Shown: positions 38,486 to 52,374 of the stretch, piece after piece
Layout: each line of letters begins with the position of its first letter
Numbering within the stretch: position 1 is the stretch's first letter
Assembly: GCF_963921235.1 (NCBI RefSeq)
Contig: NC_086097.1
Coordinates: 18,168,001 to 18,232,000 of the forward strand
Reading direction: 5' to 3'
Source of the DNA: Mobula hypostoma
Taxonomy: Eukaryota
DNA: 64,000 nucleotides
The notes under the pieces: model-generated
What the model was told of the DNA's origin: nothing
What the model saw: the letters and a program-made list of their open reading frames with translations, nothing else
The model's database searches: none
Made by a program: the position numbers and the translations under genes

Positions 38486-40575
38486 TTTCCAATCCTGATG
38501 AAGGGTCATGGGCCATAATGTATACTTTTATCCCTCTCGTTGATGCTGCCTGACCTGCTGAGTTCAGTGTGCCTGCAACTCTCAGACATCTCCCCTTACT
38601 TACCGCTTAGAAAAGACCCCAAACTGGACCATCAGAAAATTGTCCCTGACACCATCACTAACCTCATGAACTCTGGGTAACTTTGCCACAAGATTCATAG
38701 TTCCCTTACACTGCACTGTTCATCTCTACCTAGTACCCAAGATCCATAAACCTGAGTGTCCAGGTAGGCCCATTGTGACTGCCTGCTCCTGCCCCACTGA
38801 ACCTGCCTCAGCATACCTTGACTCTATAACAGCCCTCCCCGCACTTGGTTCATTCCCTTCCTACCTACGTCCGCAACACTACACATGCCCTTGGTCTCTG
38901 CAACAACTTCTAATTCCCTGGCCCTATCCACCCCATTTTCACCTTGGATGCTCAGTTCCCTATACATTTCTCTCCCTTATCAAGAAGACTAACACTTCTC
39001 TGCCTCTTTCCGAACAAAAGACCAAAGCAGTTTCCCTCCGCCACCACCCTTCTCTGTATGGCAGAATTGGTCTTCACCCTCAACAATTTCTCCTTCAGCT
39101 TCTCCCACTTTTCCAATTCACGGGGTAATCATAGGTCCCAGCTATGCCGAACTTTTTGTTGTCTACATAGAGCAGTCCATGGTAATGCTCCCTGGGTATT
39201 CCTCTGCTACACTGATGACTGCATTGGTGCTGTTTCACGCACCTTGCTGAGCTCATCAGCTTCATCAACTTTACTTCCAACTTCCACCCTGTCCTTAATT
39301 TCACTTCGTCCATTCCTGATACCTCTCCACTTTCTCGATCTCTCTGATTCCATCTCTGGTGACAAATTGTACCGATTCCCACAAATATATTGACTATACC
39401 TCTTCCCACCCTATCTCCTGTTAAAATGCTATTTCCTTTCTCAGTTCCTTTGTCTCCGCTGCATCTGTTCCTAGGATGAGGCTTTCCTTTCCAGGACATT
39501 AGAGGTGTCCTTCTTTTTCAAAGAATGGAGTTTTCCTTCCTCCACCATTGATGCTACACTCATCCACATCTCCTCCATTTCCCAGACAATCATGCTCAGC
39601 TCATCTTCCCGTCAACTTAACAGGGATAGAGTTCCTCTTATCCTTACCTACCACCCCATGTGCCTCCGCATTCACCACACCATTCTCCACAACTTCCACC
39701 ATCTTCCACCAAACACATCTTTACCTACTCCCCCTCACCACCACTACTCTCCACTTTCCTCAGGGATCACTCCCTCCAAGATTCCCTTGTCTATTTGTCC
39801 CTCCTAACTAATGTCCCTCCTGGCATACATCCCTGCAAGTGACAGGAATACTACACCTGCACATTCATCTCCTCCCTTACCTCTATTCAGAGCCCCAAAT
39901 AGTCATTCCTTGTGAGGCAACATTTTACTGGCAAATCACCTGGGATTTTCTGTTGTAACCAATGCTGCCAATATGGCCTCCTCTACATTGGTGAGACCTG
40001 GCATAAACTGGGGGGCCACTTTGTCAACTATCTTTGCTCCATCCACCAAAAGTGGAATTTCCCAGTGGCCAGCCACTAAATTCCTATCCCCATTCCATTC
40101 CAACATGTTGGCCCTTGGCCTCCTCTTTTGCAATGGTGATGGCACTCTCAGGGTGGAGGAACAAAATCTCATATCCTGTCTAATTAGCCTCCAACCTTAT
40201 GACACGAATATTGATTTCTCCTTTCTGTACTTTTCCCTCCCCTCCCCTTTTTTTCTATTCTGCACTTGGAGCTCTTACCTCTTCTCCTCACCTGCCTGTC
40301 CTCCTCCGGTGTCCCTCCTCCTTCCCTTTTCCCTATGGTTCACTCTCCACTCCTACCAGAGTCCTTCTTCTCCAGCCATTTACCTTTCTCACCAACCTGG
40401 CTTCACCTATCATCTTCTAGCTAGTCCTACTTCCTCTCGTCCCACCTTCTTAATCTATGATCCTCCCCACTTCCTTTCCAGTCCTGATGAAAGATCTCGG
40501 CCTGAAATATTGACTATTTGTTAACTTCCATAGATGCCGCCTGACCCGTTGAGTTCCTCCAGCATTTTGTATGCG
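38486..40575 (+). mobile_element. Penelope-like element: decayed RT and GIY-YIG endonuclease bracketed by direct terminal repeats
   Basis: YLVPKIHKPECPGRPIVTACSCPTE (~38727-38800); LVFTLNNFSF; YTDD; CCQYGLLYIGET (~39963-39998); terminal repeat copies 38486-38567 and 40470-40575. Confidence 0.9.
40480..40515 (+). ncRNA. Minimal hammerhead ribozyme motif at Penelope 3' terminal repeat
   Basis: AGTC-CTGATGA-AAGATCTCGGCCT-GAAA-TATT-GACT; core boxes intact, stem II degraded. Confidence 0.55.
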
Positions 40576-40589
40576 CTACTATTGAAATT

Positions 40590-41552
40590 TCTGCTGAGGT
40601 GGTTCTCCAACAGGCACATTGCCATGGCTTCCACCAGACCGGGACCAGACTGGGACCCACAATTCATCTCTGTCTTCTAGTAAGCGTTCTGCTCCTCCCT
40701 TTGCACCACCACGAGTCTGTCCTCTTGGCTACCATCTGCAGACCAATGAACAGTCAGAAGGAGCCAATCAGCAAGTGGAGAAGTTTCTGCAAAGCTTCAT
40801 TGCCTCTTAGCGCTTCCACATGGAAGTAGAATCTGCTCTGGGCCAAGTGGCCCCAGAATCTACACACCTCCTCTGCCATGGGCATGACTCCCTTTGAAGT
40901 GCTTCATGGTCACCAAACCCATTGTTCCTCTGGTTCAGCACTGCTAGAGTGCTTGGAAGAGGGCCACTCCACCCACCTGAGCATGTACTCCTTTAACCTA
41001 GGATGGTGGAAGATGGTCCAGTGCACGCAGTTCGTTGGTTGGTGGACTCACACCATCGTGGATGTGAGATGCAGGACCCGGTCAAGTGGGAAGGGTATGA
41101 CCCCAAGTGGAGGTCTTGGGTGACATCAAGTTACATCTTGGATCCATCGCTCCTCAAGGAGCTCAACCGGACCAATCCAGTTTGTCCCTGGGCCATTGGG
41201 TCCGATTGTAAAGGGGGCAGTGGTGTGAAATCCTGTCAGACCTGCACAGACAGGCACCTCTTAGTCTGCACTCAGCTAACAGGAGTCACCTGCCACTCAT
41301 TTCCAACTCATCACCTGCAGCCTGTTTAATTATTCTTATCCACAATCATTTACTCATACAAACTAGCCAGCCTCAACCAGTTGTTCCTAGCCTTCACTTA
41401 CCTTGTTGCCTTGTTGTGTGTAAAGTATCTGTTCTCATTCTGAGTGCCCTCATGGCTTGTTATTTTTCAGTTTATAATTAAAGTTATTACTCACCGCAAA
41501 ATCATCTCTGCCGCCCTGTGTTTGAGTGAAGCCTCTGCAACATTTCCTGACA
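40590..41552 (+). mobile_element. Gypsy chromovirus remnant: integrase, chromodomain, PPT and 3' LTR (41224-41552)
   Basis: GYHLQTNEQSEGANQQVEKFLQS integrase; VKWEGYDPKWRSWVTSSYILDPSLL chromodomain; AAAGGGGGCAG purine tract then TG...CA. Confidence 0.8.
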
Positions 41553-42576
41553 TGTACTAATATCCTGTATGAATTAGGTACAGGAGTAGACCACTCAGAC
41601 TGTTGAGCCTGAAATCCCCTTTCAATAAGATCTTGACCAAATTCACTGCTCCCCAAACATTGTATTCCTCCCTACCTCAGAAACCTTTCAACTCAAGAAT
41701 CGAGAATTCATTAGTTTCTTCTTTAATCATATTCGGTTTCCTGCACCCTTTGAGGAAGATAAATCTAAAGCCTCTCGATCATCTGACAAAAATTGATTTT
41801 GCCTCAGTTCTGTACTAAATGGGGAGCCCTTATTTTTAAACGGTGATTCTTGGTAGTTATTTTTCCACAAGAGAAAGCATTCTCTTCACATTCACCTGTA
41901 AAGACCCCTCAGGAACTTTAATGTTTCAATGATCCTTCTCTTTCTCTTTACTAACCACCAGCAGATGAAAGTCTACCCTGACCAACCCCTCCTCCTGAGA
42001 CAGCCTGCCTATTCTATCTTTTAGCCTAGCAAACCCTTGAGATTCTTCTAATATGTTAGTGTCCTCATTTAAATATGATGACCACTACTGCAAGCCAGAT
42101 GTGAATTCACTAATGCCCTGTATAGATGAAGCTCGACTTCTGGCTTTTGTGTTCAATTCTCCTTCCAATAAATGACATGTTGTGAAATCTTTTCTAATTA
42201 CTCTTTATACTTGCATTCAAGCTTTTTGTGAATTATATATCAGGTCAGCCAGATCTTTCTGCACCTGTCACTTTTGCAAGGTAGTATCAGGTTTCTGAAC
42301 TAGTGCAGATTACCTCACTTACCTCATCTCTGAACTAATTCCGCAACCTATGGGCTCACTTTCAAGACCTCTACAACTTTCGTTCTTATTATTTACTTAA
42401 GTATCTATTTACCAATGTATTCATTATTTATTTATTTATTTATCTATCTATTCATCTATTTTATTATTTGCATATTGGCTGTTTGTCAGTCTTTGTGTGT
42501 GGGTTTTCATTGATTCTATTGCATTTCTCTGTTCTAAATGAATGGCTGCAAGGAAATGATTCTCAAGGTAGTATAT

Positions 42577-43184
42577 GGTGATTGATAAGTTTGTGGCCTA
42601 AGGTAGAAGGAGTCAATTTTAGAAAACCTACCACATTGATTTTTCAACATAGTCCCCTCCTACATTTACACACTTCGTCCAGCAGTTGTGGAGCATACGG
42701 ATCTTGGACCTCCAGAAAGTGGTCCACAGCAGGGGTGATTGATAAGTTCGTGGCCTGAGGTAGAAGGAGATGAGTTATACAGCTCTCGTTACATGCACAT
42801 GCAGTTCAACTCTGAGTGATTATGCAGAAAGTTTCAAGTTAATAACTCATCTCCTTCTACCGTAGGCCACGAACTTATCAATCACCTCTGATGATTTATA
42901 AACTGATGAGTTATTAACTTCAAACTTTCTGCATAGTCACTCAAAGAGTTAAACTGCATGTGCATGTAACGAGAGCTGTATAAGTCATCTCCTTCTACCA
43001 CAGGCCACAAACTCATCAATCACCCCTGCTGTGGACACTTCCTGGAGGTCCAAAATCCGTATGCTCCACAACCGCTGGACTAAGTGTGTAAATGTAGGAG
43101 GGGACTATGTTAAAAAATAAATGTGCTAGGTTTTCTAAAATTGACTCCTTCTACCTTAGGCCACGAACTTATCAATCACCCCTC
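42577..43184. mobile_element. Mariner-derived palindromic MITE
   Basis: TIR GGGGTGATTGATAAGTTCGTGGCC present five times; 43073-43120 translates RWTKCVNVGGDYVKK* (mariner transposase C-terminus). Confidence 0.85.
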
Positions 43185-43569
43185 CTGTGTACCTTGATAA
43201 CAAATTTACTTTGAACTTTAATTTCATTTATTTCTCCTGCCAAAAGGAATTTCACATTTCCCACAATAAGCTCAGTTTACTAAACCTTTACCCCAACATA
43301 CTTTCCATTTTCTCTTTGTGTCATCAGTAAATTAACCACCATGCCTTTGCTGCTTTCATCTAAATTATTGATTTGAAGCTAAGCTCTGGCACATGCTTGT
43401 TACATTTTGCTGTTGAGAGGTGGATCCATTTACACCTGTTCTCTGTTTTTATCTATTCAGTCAAGATCTTCCAGTTTCTGCATTAACTAATTAAATGCTC
43501 TTGAAACCTTAGGATATCCAACTTGTTTCCCATTATCCACAGCATTCCAACAGGCTGGTCAAACTGGTC

Positions 43570-45480
43570 CACAATAGATGTCATTTCACTGGCTCTTCAC
43601 TCAACACTGGAACATCTGGACAGCAAAGATGTGTACATCATCCTGGTTCTTTATTGACTATTTTCGACATTCAATACTATCATCCCCTCAAAATTAATCA
43701 ATAAGTTTAAAACCTTGGTCTCAATACCTGGATCCTTGATTTCCTCACGTGCAGACCCCAGTCAGTTCAGATTGGTGATAATGTCTACTCTGTGATCACC
43801 ATCAGTACAGGTGCACCACAAGGCTGTGTGCTTAACCCCCTTGCTCTACTCCCTTTATTCCTATGACTGTGAGGCTAAGTACAGCTCCAATACCTGGGAG
43901 AGAGGAGAAGATGGCAGCGCGACGCAGTGCGCATAGCCTCTTCGGTGAAATTATATCGGTATTTGCTAAGCAGGGACCGGGCACAATTCTGATTTTATGG
44001 AGACAGCCGTGAGAGCACGGAGGAACATCTGGAGTAACTTCTGAAATGCCCGGTTCACTGCTGCTGCTACTATGCGATCGAGAATCTCTGGAGGGAAGGC
44101 CCCAAAATCCTCAGCTTTGCCTGCTGCTGGCGACCGGGGCTGGGGTCGAAGTGTTCGACAGAGATGGTGCTCGGTGCTCAATGTCAAAGGACTGGTCGGA
44201 GCTCGAAGTTTTCAGATGACTCAGAGTCAGACTGTGGTCGGATATGGCAGGGAGAGTTTTCTTCCTTCTCCCGTCTGCATGAGATGTGGGACTTTCGAGA
44301 GACTTTGAACTTTTTTACCGTGCTCATGGCCTGTTCTTCATCAAGTTACGTATTGCTTGCACTGTTGTAACTATATGTTATAATTATGTGGTTTTTGTCA
44401 GTTTTTCAGTCCTGGTCTGTCCTGTGTTTCTGTGATATCACACTGGAGGAAATATTGTATCATTTCTTAAAGCATGCATTACTAAATGACAATAAAAGAG
44501 GACTGCGTGTCCTCATAATCTAATCTAATACCATATTAAGTGTGCTGACGTCTCCACTGTCATTGGATGAATCAGTATATAGAAGGGATATTGAACATCT
44601 GTCTGAGTGGTGCCAGAACAACACAACAAGATCAACTAGATGATTATTGACTTCAAGAGGAGGAATCTGGAGGTCTATGAACCAGTCCTCAAAGGGAATT
44701 CAGGGGTGGAGAGGGTTAGCAACTTTAAATTCCTCAGTGTTACGATTTCAGAGGATCACAAGTGCAACAACGAGAAAAGCATGGCAGCGCATCTACTTCT
44801 TTAGTAGATTGTGAAGATTCAGCATGACATTTAAAACTTTGACAAACTTCTATAGACGTGTGGTGGAGAGTATATTGACTGGCTGCATCACAGCCTGGTA
44901 TGGAAACACCAATGCCCTTGAATAGAAGATCCTACAAAAAGTAATGGACATGGTCCAGTCCATCATGATTAAAACCCTCCACAACACTGAGCACATCTAC
45001 ACAGAGCACTATCAGAGGAAGCAGCATCCATCATCAGAAACCTCCACTACGCAGGTCATGCTCCCTCCTCATTGCTGCCATCAGGAAGAAGGTACTGGAG
45101 ACTCAAGGCTCACACTACCGGGTTCAGGAACAGTTATAACCCCTCAAGCATCAGGATCTTGAACCATTGAGGATAACTTTACTTGACCCAAGACTGAACT
45201 GTTCCCACAAGCTATAGACTCACGTTCAAGGATCTGCTTCTCATGTTCTTAATATATATTGCTTATTGATATATTATGACAATTATTTCTTCTTTATTTG
45301 CATATTTTGTCTTTTTCCTATTGGTTTTTTGTCTGCCCTGTTGGGTGAGCTCTTTCATTGATTCTGCTGGGTTTCTTGGATTTACAGTGAATGCCCGCAA
45401 GAAAATAAATCTCAGGGTTGTATATGGTGACAAATATGTACTTTGATATTAAATTTATTTTCAGCTTTGAATTCTGATTT
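43570..45480 (+). mobile_element. Rex1/Babar-type LINE 3' half with retroposon insert
   Basis: [11 protein letters not shown] near 43807; FYRRVVESILTGCITAWYGN near 44850; TACTTTGATATTAAA tail. Confidence 0.85.
43895..44528 (+). mobile_element. ~630-bp ORF-less retroposon, copy 1
   Basis: GGAGAAGATGGCAGCG start; AATAAA and (TAATC)n tail; TSD AATACC. Confidence 0.8.
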
Positions 45481-45555
45481 GCCTTTCACAAAACCTTGAT
45501 TACTTCAACTGCTTTTTTCCTGAGTGTACTTCTACAATGTCTTTAATGAAAGCCA

Positions 45556-48500
45556 AAGACCATAAGATATAGCAGAAGAATTGGCCCATCGAATACACTC
45601 CACCTTTTCATCATGGCTATTTCAATTTTCCTCACAGCCCCAATCTCCTGTATCCTTTCATGTCATGACCAGTCAAGAACCTATCAACCACTGCTTTAAG
45701 TATACATAATGTTGTGGCCTCTACAGCTGTCTGTGGCAAAGAATTCCACAGATTTACCACTCTGTGGCTAAAGAAATTCCGCCTCATCTCTGTTCCAAAA
45801 GGACACCCCCCCCGCCCCCATTCTGAGGCTGTGTGCTCTGGTCTTAGAGTCTCCCACCATAGAAAACACCCTCTCCACATCTACTTTATCAAGGCCTTTC
45901 ACCAGTTGATAGGTTTCAATGAGGCCATCCCTCATTCTTCTGAATTCCAGTGAATACAGGCCCAGAGCCATCAAACACTCTTCATATGACAAGTCATTCA
46001 ATCCTGGAATCATTTTTGTGAGCCTCCTTTGAACTATCTCCAGTTTCAGCACATCCTTTCTAAGGTAAGAGGCCCAAACCTGCTCACAATACTCCAAGTG
46101 AGGCCTCAGCAGTGCTTTATAAAGTTTCAACCTTACATCCTTGTGTTTATATTCTAGTCCTCTTGAAATGAAATCTAACATTGCATTTGCCTTCCTTACC
46201 ACAGACTCAACCTGCAATTTAACATTTAGGGAATCCTACATAAGGACCCCCACATCCCTTTGCAGCTCAGTTTGTTTTGTATTTTCTCTCCTTAAAATAT
46301 AGTCATCCCTTTCACTTATTCTACCAAAGTGCATGATCATACACTTCCCGACACTGTATTCCATCTGCCATTTCTTTGCCTATTCTCTAATCTGTATAAA
46401 TTCTTCTGTAGCCTCTTTAGTTCCTCAAAACTACCTGCCCCTCTACCTATCTTCATATCGTCTGCAAATTTTGGAACAAGGCCATCAATTCCATCATCCA
46501 AATCATTGACATATAATGTAAAAAGAATCAGTCCTAACACAGACCCCTGTGGAACATTACTAGTCACTGGCAGCCAACCAGAAAAAACTCCTTTTATTCC
46601 CACTCTTTGCCTCCTGCCAATCAGTCACTGCTTTATCCATGCTAGAATATTTCCTGTAATCTATAGGCTCATATCTTGTTAAGCAGCCTCATGTGTGGCA
46701 CCTTGTCAAAGGCCTTCTGAAAATCCAAATACACACCATCAACCGATTCTCCTTTGTCTGTCCTGCTTGTTATTTCTTCAAGGAATTCCAAAAGATTTGT
46801 TAGGCAAGATTTTCCCTTGAGGAAACCAAGCTGACTATGGCCCATTTTATCTTGTGCCTCCAAGAACTCTGAGACTTCATCCTTAATAATCGACTCCAAC
46901 ATCTTGCCAACCACTGAGATTGGACTAACTGGCCTATAGTTTCTTTTCTTCTGGCTCTCTCCCTTCTTGAAGAGTGGAGTGACATTTTCAATTTTCCAGT
47001 CTTCTGGAACCATTTCAGAATCTAGTGATTTTTGAAAGATCATTACTAATGCCTCCATGATTTCTTCTGCCACGTCTTTAAAATCCTGTGATGTACACCA
47101 TCTGGTCCAGGTGACTTAGCTACCTTCACATCTTTCAGTTTCCCATGAACCTTCTCTCTAGTAATGGTAACTTCACACACTTCATGCCCCCGACACCTGG
47201 AACTTCCTCCATACTACTAGTGTCTTCCACAGTGATGACTGATACAAAATATTTAATCATTTTGTGCACAGTTTTGTTGTCCCCCATTACTACCTCTCTG
47301 GCATTGTTTTCCAGTGGTTCAATATTCACTCACATCTCTCTTTTATACTCTATGTATACTAAGTAACTTTGGCATCCTCTTTAATATTATTGGCCAGCTT
47401 ACTTTCGTATTCCATTTTTCCTTATTAATGACTTTTTTAGTTGCTTTCTGTTAGTTTTTTTACAAAATCCCAATCCTCTAACTCCTCTCTAATTTTTGCT
47501 CTATTATATGTACTCTCTTTGCCTTTTATGTTGCCTTTGACTTCTCTTAAAAGCCATGATTGTGTCATCTTTCCTTTAGAATACTTCTTCCTCTTTGGGA
47601 TGTATTTATCCTGTGCATTCTGAATTGCTTCCATAAATTCCAGCCAATGCTGCTCTACCATCATCCCTGCCAGTGTTCTTTTCAAATCAATTCTGGCCAA
47701 TTCCTCTCTCATGCCTCTGCAATTCCCTTCACTCCACTGTATTACTGATACCTCTGACTTTAACTTCTCCTTTCAAGGTGAATTTGATCATATTATGAAC
47801 ACTTCCCCTTAGGGTTCTTTTACATTAAGCTCTCTAATCATTTGTGGTTCATTGCCCAACCCAGAACAGCTAATTCCCTAGTGGGTTTAACCGCTAGCTA
47901 CTCTAGAATGCCTTCTCATAGGCACTCCAAAATTCCCTCTCCTGTAATCCAGCTCAAGGCTGATTTTCCTGATCTACCTGTATATTTTAGTTCCTGTGAC
48001 GATTGTAACATTGCCCTTTCGGCATGCATTTTCAATCTCCAGTTGTAATTGAGGCGGGAGGAGAAGATGGCAGCGTGCCACACGTGCGCAGTTCTCTGGT
48101 GAAAAATGATATCATATCCGTTAAATAGGGGCCATGGACAATTCCGATTTGATGGAGAACAGACGTGAAAGCACAGAGGAACATCTGGAGAAATTTCTGA
48201 AACGCCCGTCTGCTGCTGTCGTTACTGTGTGGTCGGGAATCTTTCGGAGGGTGGGCCTCAAAATCCCCGGCCTTGCCTGCTTTTGGCGACTGAGAAGGAG
48301 GTCGAATCGTTTGGCAGAGATGCCGCTCCATACTCGGTGTCAGAGAGCTGATCAGAGCTCGAAGTTTTCGGATGACTCAGAGTCGGATTGTGGTCAGCAT
48401 GGCAGGGAGAGTTTTTCTTCCTTCTCCCGTCTGCGTGAGATGTGGGACATTTGAGAAACTGTGAACTTTACTGTGCTCACGGACTTTCTTCATCAAGTTA

Positions 48501-50300
48501 TGGTATTGTTACACTGTTTGTAACTATATGTATAAATATGTGGTTTTGTCAGTTTTTTCAGTCTTGGTTTGTCCTGTGTTTTGTGATATCACACCGGAGG
48601 AAATAATGTATCATTTCTTAATGCATGCATTACTAAATGACAATAAAAGGGGACTACGTGTCTTCATAATCATAATTTGTGGGCCACATCCTTATTATTG
48701 TTTGGGGTCTGGCTACAACTCCCATCAAGGTATTTTTACCTTTGCAGTTCCTTAGGTCTATCCACAATGATTTAACACCTTTTGACCCTATGTCATCTCT
48801 TTCTAATGATATGATTTTGTTTTTTACCAACAGAGCAACACCGCTCCCTCTGCCCTTTGATACAATGTGTACCCTTGGACATTAAGCTTCCAGCTATAAT
48901 CCTCCAGCCATGATTCAGTGATGTCTACAACATTATATCTGACAATCTGCAACTGTGCTGCAGGCTCATCTACCTTATTCCATATACTGTACGCATTCAG
49001 ATACACAACTTTCAGTTCTGTATTCATCCTTTTTGGTTTTGTCCACCTTTTGATGGCAGTCCTGTTGACTGCAATTTTGCCCTATCAACAGCCGCTCATC
49101 ACTACACATTGCATCTGTTTGTGAAACAGCTTCCTCATTTTCAGAAGTATTATCCACCTTTCCTACAATACTTCTTGCATCTAGTCACACCATACTCAAC
49201 CTTTTGATTCCCAACTTTGTCTGAGGTCGTACCAATGTCTGCATCCTCAACCTCTCCACTAATTGTTCTGGCACTCTGGTTCCCAACCCCCTGCATTTCT
49301 AGTTTAAACCCCACCGTGCAGTGTTAACAAACCTTCCCGCGAGGATATTAGTCCCTCTCCAGTTCAGGTGTAAACTGTTCCTGATGTACAAGTCCCACCT
49401 TCCCTGGAAGAGAGCCCAATGATCCAAAAATCTTATGCCCTCCCTCCTACACCAAGTCCTTAGCCATATATTAAACTGTATAATCTTCCTAGTTCGAGCC
49501 TCACTAGCATGTGGCACCGGTAGCAATCCTGAGATCACAACCCTAGAGGTCCTACCCTTTAACTTAACACCTAACTCCATGAACTCCCTAAGCAGAACCT
49601 TGTCACTCATCCTACCCATGTCATTGCTATCTACATGGATCATGACTTCTGGCTGTTCACTCTCCTACAAGGACTCAATCCAAGATTTCCTTGACCCTGA
49701 CACATGGAGGCAACACACCATCCAGGAATCTCGTTCTCCCCTACAGAACCTCCTGTCTGTTGCCCTCACTAACGAATCCCCTATCATCACATCATGCCTC
49801 TTCTTCCCCCTTCCTGTCTGAGTCACAGAGGCAGACTCAATGCCAGAGACTCGACCACTGTGACTTTCCTCCGCTAGCTTATCCTTCCCAATGGAATCCA
49901 AAGTTGTTGAGGAAGATGGCCGCAGGGGTACTCTGCACTGGCTCCTTAAACACTTTCCCCTGACTGACTGTCACACAGTTCCTGTACCTTGCACCTCGGG
50001 TGTAACTATTTCCCTATATGTCCTATCTATCACTCCTTCAGCCTCCTGAATGATCCAGAGTTCATCCAGTTCCAGCTCCAACTCCTTATCGCAGTTTATT
50101 AGATGCTGCAACTGGATGCACTGGAGGTCTCCCTGCCTTTCCGCAAGGGGAATATTCAACTATGCTGCCTGGCATCTCTACTGCCCGTAGCTGAGCAGAC
50201 ATAAAGAAGAGAAGGTGAAAAACTCGAGCTTTTCATTCATTTGACTTCTCTGACTGAAGCCTCTCTTGCGGAAGCCTCGAAGAGCAAAAGCCTCAAAGTC
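45556..50300 (-). mobile_element. Near full-length CR1 LINE (esterase ORF1; APE endonuclease and RT ORF2), decayed
   Basis: ORF1 IGDSLVR and HVDSNDM...ISGLLPV...LHLNWRG (SGNH esterase); ORF2 LKVVYLNAYSI...ITESWL, YLDFQKAFDKVPH, PQGSVLG...KFADD. Confidence 0.9.
48051..48677 (+). mobile_element. ~630-bp ORF-less retroposon, copy 2
   Basis: Colinear with 43895-44528; inserted in CR1 endonuclease region; TAATT duplicated at junctions. Confidence 0.8.
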
Positions 50301-51235
50301 TCATTTGTAGGCCTCCAAGATGTGGGGTTGAGATTGCAAAGGAAGCTGGAAAAGGCATGTAATAAGGGTAATGTCACAATTGTAATGGGGAACTTCAATA
50401 TGCAAGGAGACTGGGAAAATCAGGTTGCTGTCAGATCGCAAGAGAGGGTATTTGTTGAATGCCTACGAGATGGCATTTTAGAGCGGCTTGTGCTTGAGCC
50501 TAAATGGCGAAACGTTATCCTAGATTGGGTGTTGTGTAATAATCCAGATTTTATTAGGGAGCTTAAGGTAAAGGAACCTTTAGGAGACAGTGATCATAAT
50601 ACGATTGAATTCATACTGCAATTTGAGAGGGAGAAGCATAAGTTAGATGTATCAGTATCACAATGGAATAAACAGAATAAAGACAACTGTGACTGACAAG
50701 GCAAGTTAAGGACTGCATAAAATCCAAGGAAAGGGCATGTAAGGTAGCAAAAGTGAGTGAGAAGTTGGATGATTGGGAAGCTTTTAAAATCCAACAAGAG
50801 GCAACTAAAAGGGCTGCAAGAAGGGAAGGATGAAATATGATGACAATGTAAAGCAGGATTCTAAACATATTTTTCAGTTATATAAAGAATAATGGGAGGT
50901 GAGAGCTGATATTGGATCACTGGAAAATTATTCTAGTGAGGTAGTAATGAGGTGGGGGGAGGACAAAGAAATGGCAGATCAGCTTAGTAAGTACTTTGCA
51001 TCAGTCTTCACTGTGGAAGATTCTAGCAGTGTGCCAGAGGTCCATGAGTGCCAAGGTGTCATAAGGGGGTGCTGGGAGCGGACCCAAATGCAAGACAGAG
51101 ACACTGCAGTTCTAGGAACAGGACTTGGTGTGTCAAGAAAGCAAGGAAAGTGGGGAGGAAAGGACACTGGACATTGACACAGGCCCTCGACGAGACTAGG
51201 ATGCAGGGCCTGGGCTAGGACATGGACAGGAAACA

Positions 51236-51822
51236 CGCCCTCCTGGATGATTGCATTCCTTACGTTAATGGCTAGAAGATCTATCTTAAAGGTCAATCCT
51301 CCAACTACATTTCAATGGTTTTCTCAATCTATATCTTGCTTAAATTTAGAGAAAATTAGAAGTGGCGCCTCAGATCCTTCGGTTAAATTTGAAGAAACTT
51401 GGAGACCATTTATTCAACAATTTCATATGGTGTAGTTTGACCTGTTTCGAATCCTTTTTGTTAACTAAATATATACGGATAGAGGAGTGGAGTTAACAAC
51501 ACTAATGATTGTATCCGATGTAATATGTTAGCCCGACTTCATTTTAGTTTTGTTTTGTTTAGCCTAGTTTTGCTTAGCTTAATTTAGTGTGTTTTTTTCT
51601 TTTCTAGTTTGGGGTTTTTTTTTTTTTTTAGTTTTTTTCCCCCCATTTATCCTTTACCATGTTCAATTTTATGGTCAGATCTAACATACTTGTACTATCA
51701 GCAATTTTACATTTGAAAATGTTAGCTATCAATAATGTAATCCCATTCTCTGTTTATTAATATTATTGTTATGTTTATAATTTTGAAAGTTAATAAAAAA
51801 AGACTGGAAAAGAGAAAAAGAA
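51236..51822 (+). mobile_element. L1-clade LINE 3' end (ORF2 C-terminus, 3' UTR, A-rich tail)
   Basis: IAFLTLMARRSIL...PP...W...LNLEKIR...KFEETWRPF*; T-rich UTR; AATAAAAAAAG; GAAACA at both junctions. Confidence 0.75.
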
Positions 51823-52109
51823 ACATGGAACCCGGACAAGGAACTAGGAACAAGGAGCCTGGACTAGGGACGCGGGACTCCAGCACTAGAGCCTGGACAA
51901 GGACCCGGAACCTGGGTCTTGGTTGGGACTAAGAACCTGGGTTTTGATTGGGACTAGGAACCTGGGTCTTGACTCAGAACCGGAATCCGGGTTTAGGCTA
52001 GGACACAGACGTGGCTACAGGACAGGTTGAGGGAACGCCAGCAACGGATGAGGGAACTCCAGCACAGGGCTGGGCGAGGCACATGGACAGTACAAGAACA
52101 CGAAGCCTT

Positions 52110-52260
52110 GAGTTGGTCTTGGGAGTCAGGAACCTTGGAGCCTTGGACTTGGAACTCGGGAACCTTGGAGTCTTGGACTTGGAACTCGGGAACCTCGGAG
52201 CCTTGGTCTAGGAACTTGGGAAACTCAAAGCCTTGGTCTTGAGTATGGGAAACATGGAAC
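52110..52260. repeat. 30-bp minisatellite
   Basis: (AACCTTGGAGTCTTGGACTTGGAACTCGGG) x ~4-5. Confidence 0.85.
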
Positions 52261-52374
52261 ACAGAACTGGGACCCCTCCTTGGGAGCAGGACGTATGGCC
52301 GGGACTCGTACACAACACACAGAGCCAGGACCAAGGGCTGGGGTTCTTTCTATACACAGTACACTGAACATGAA

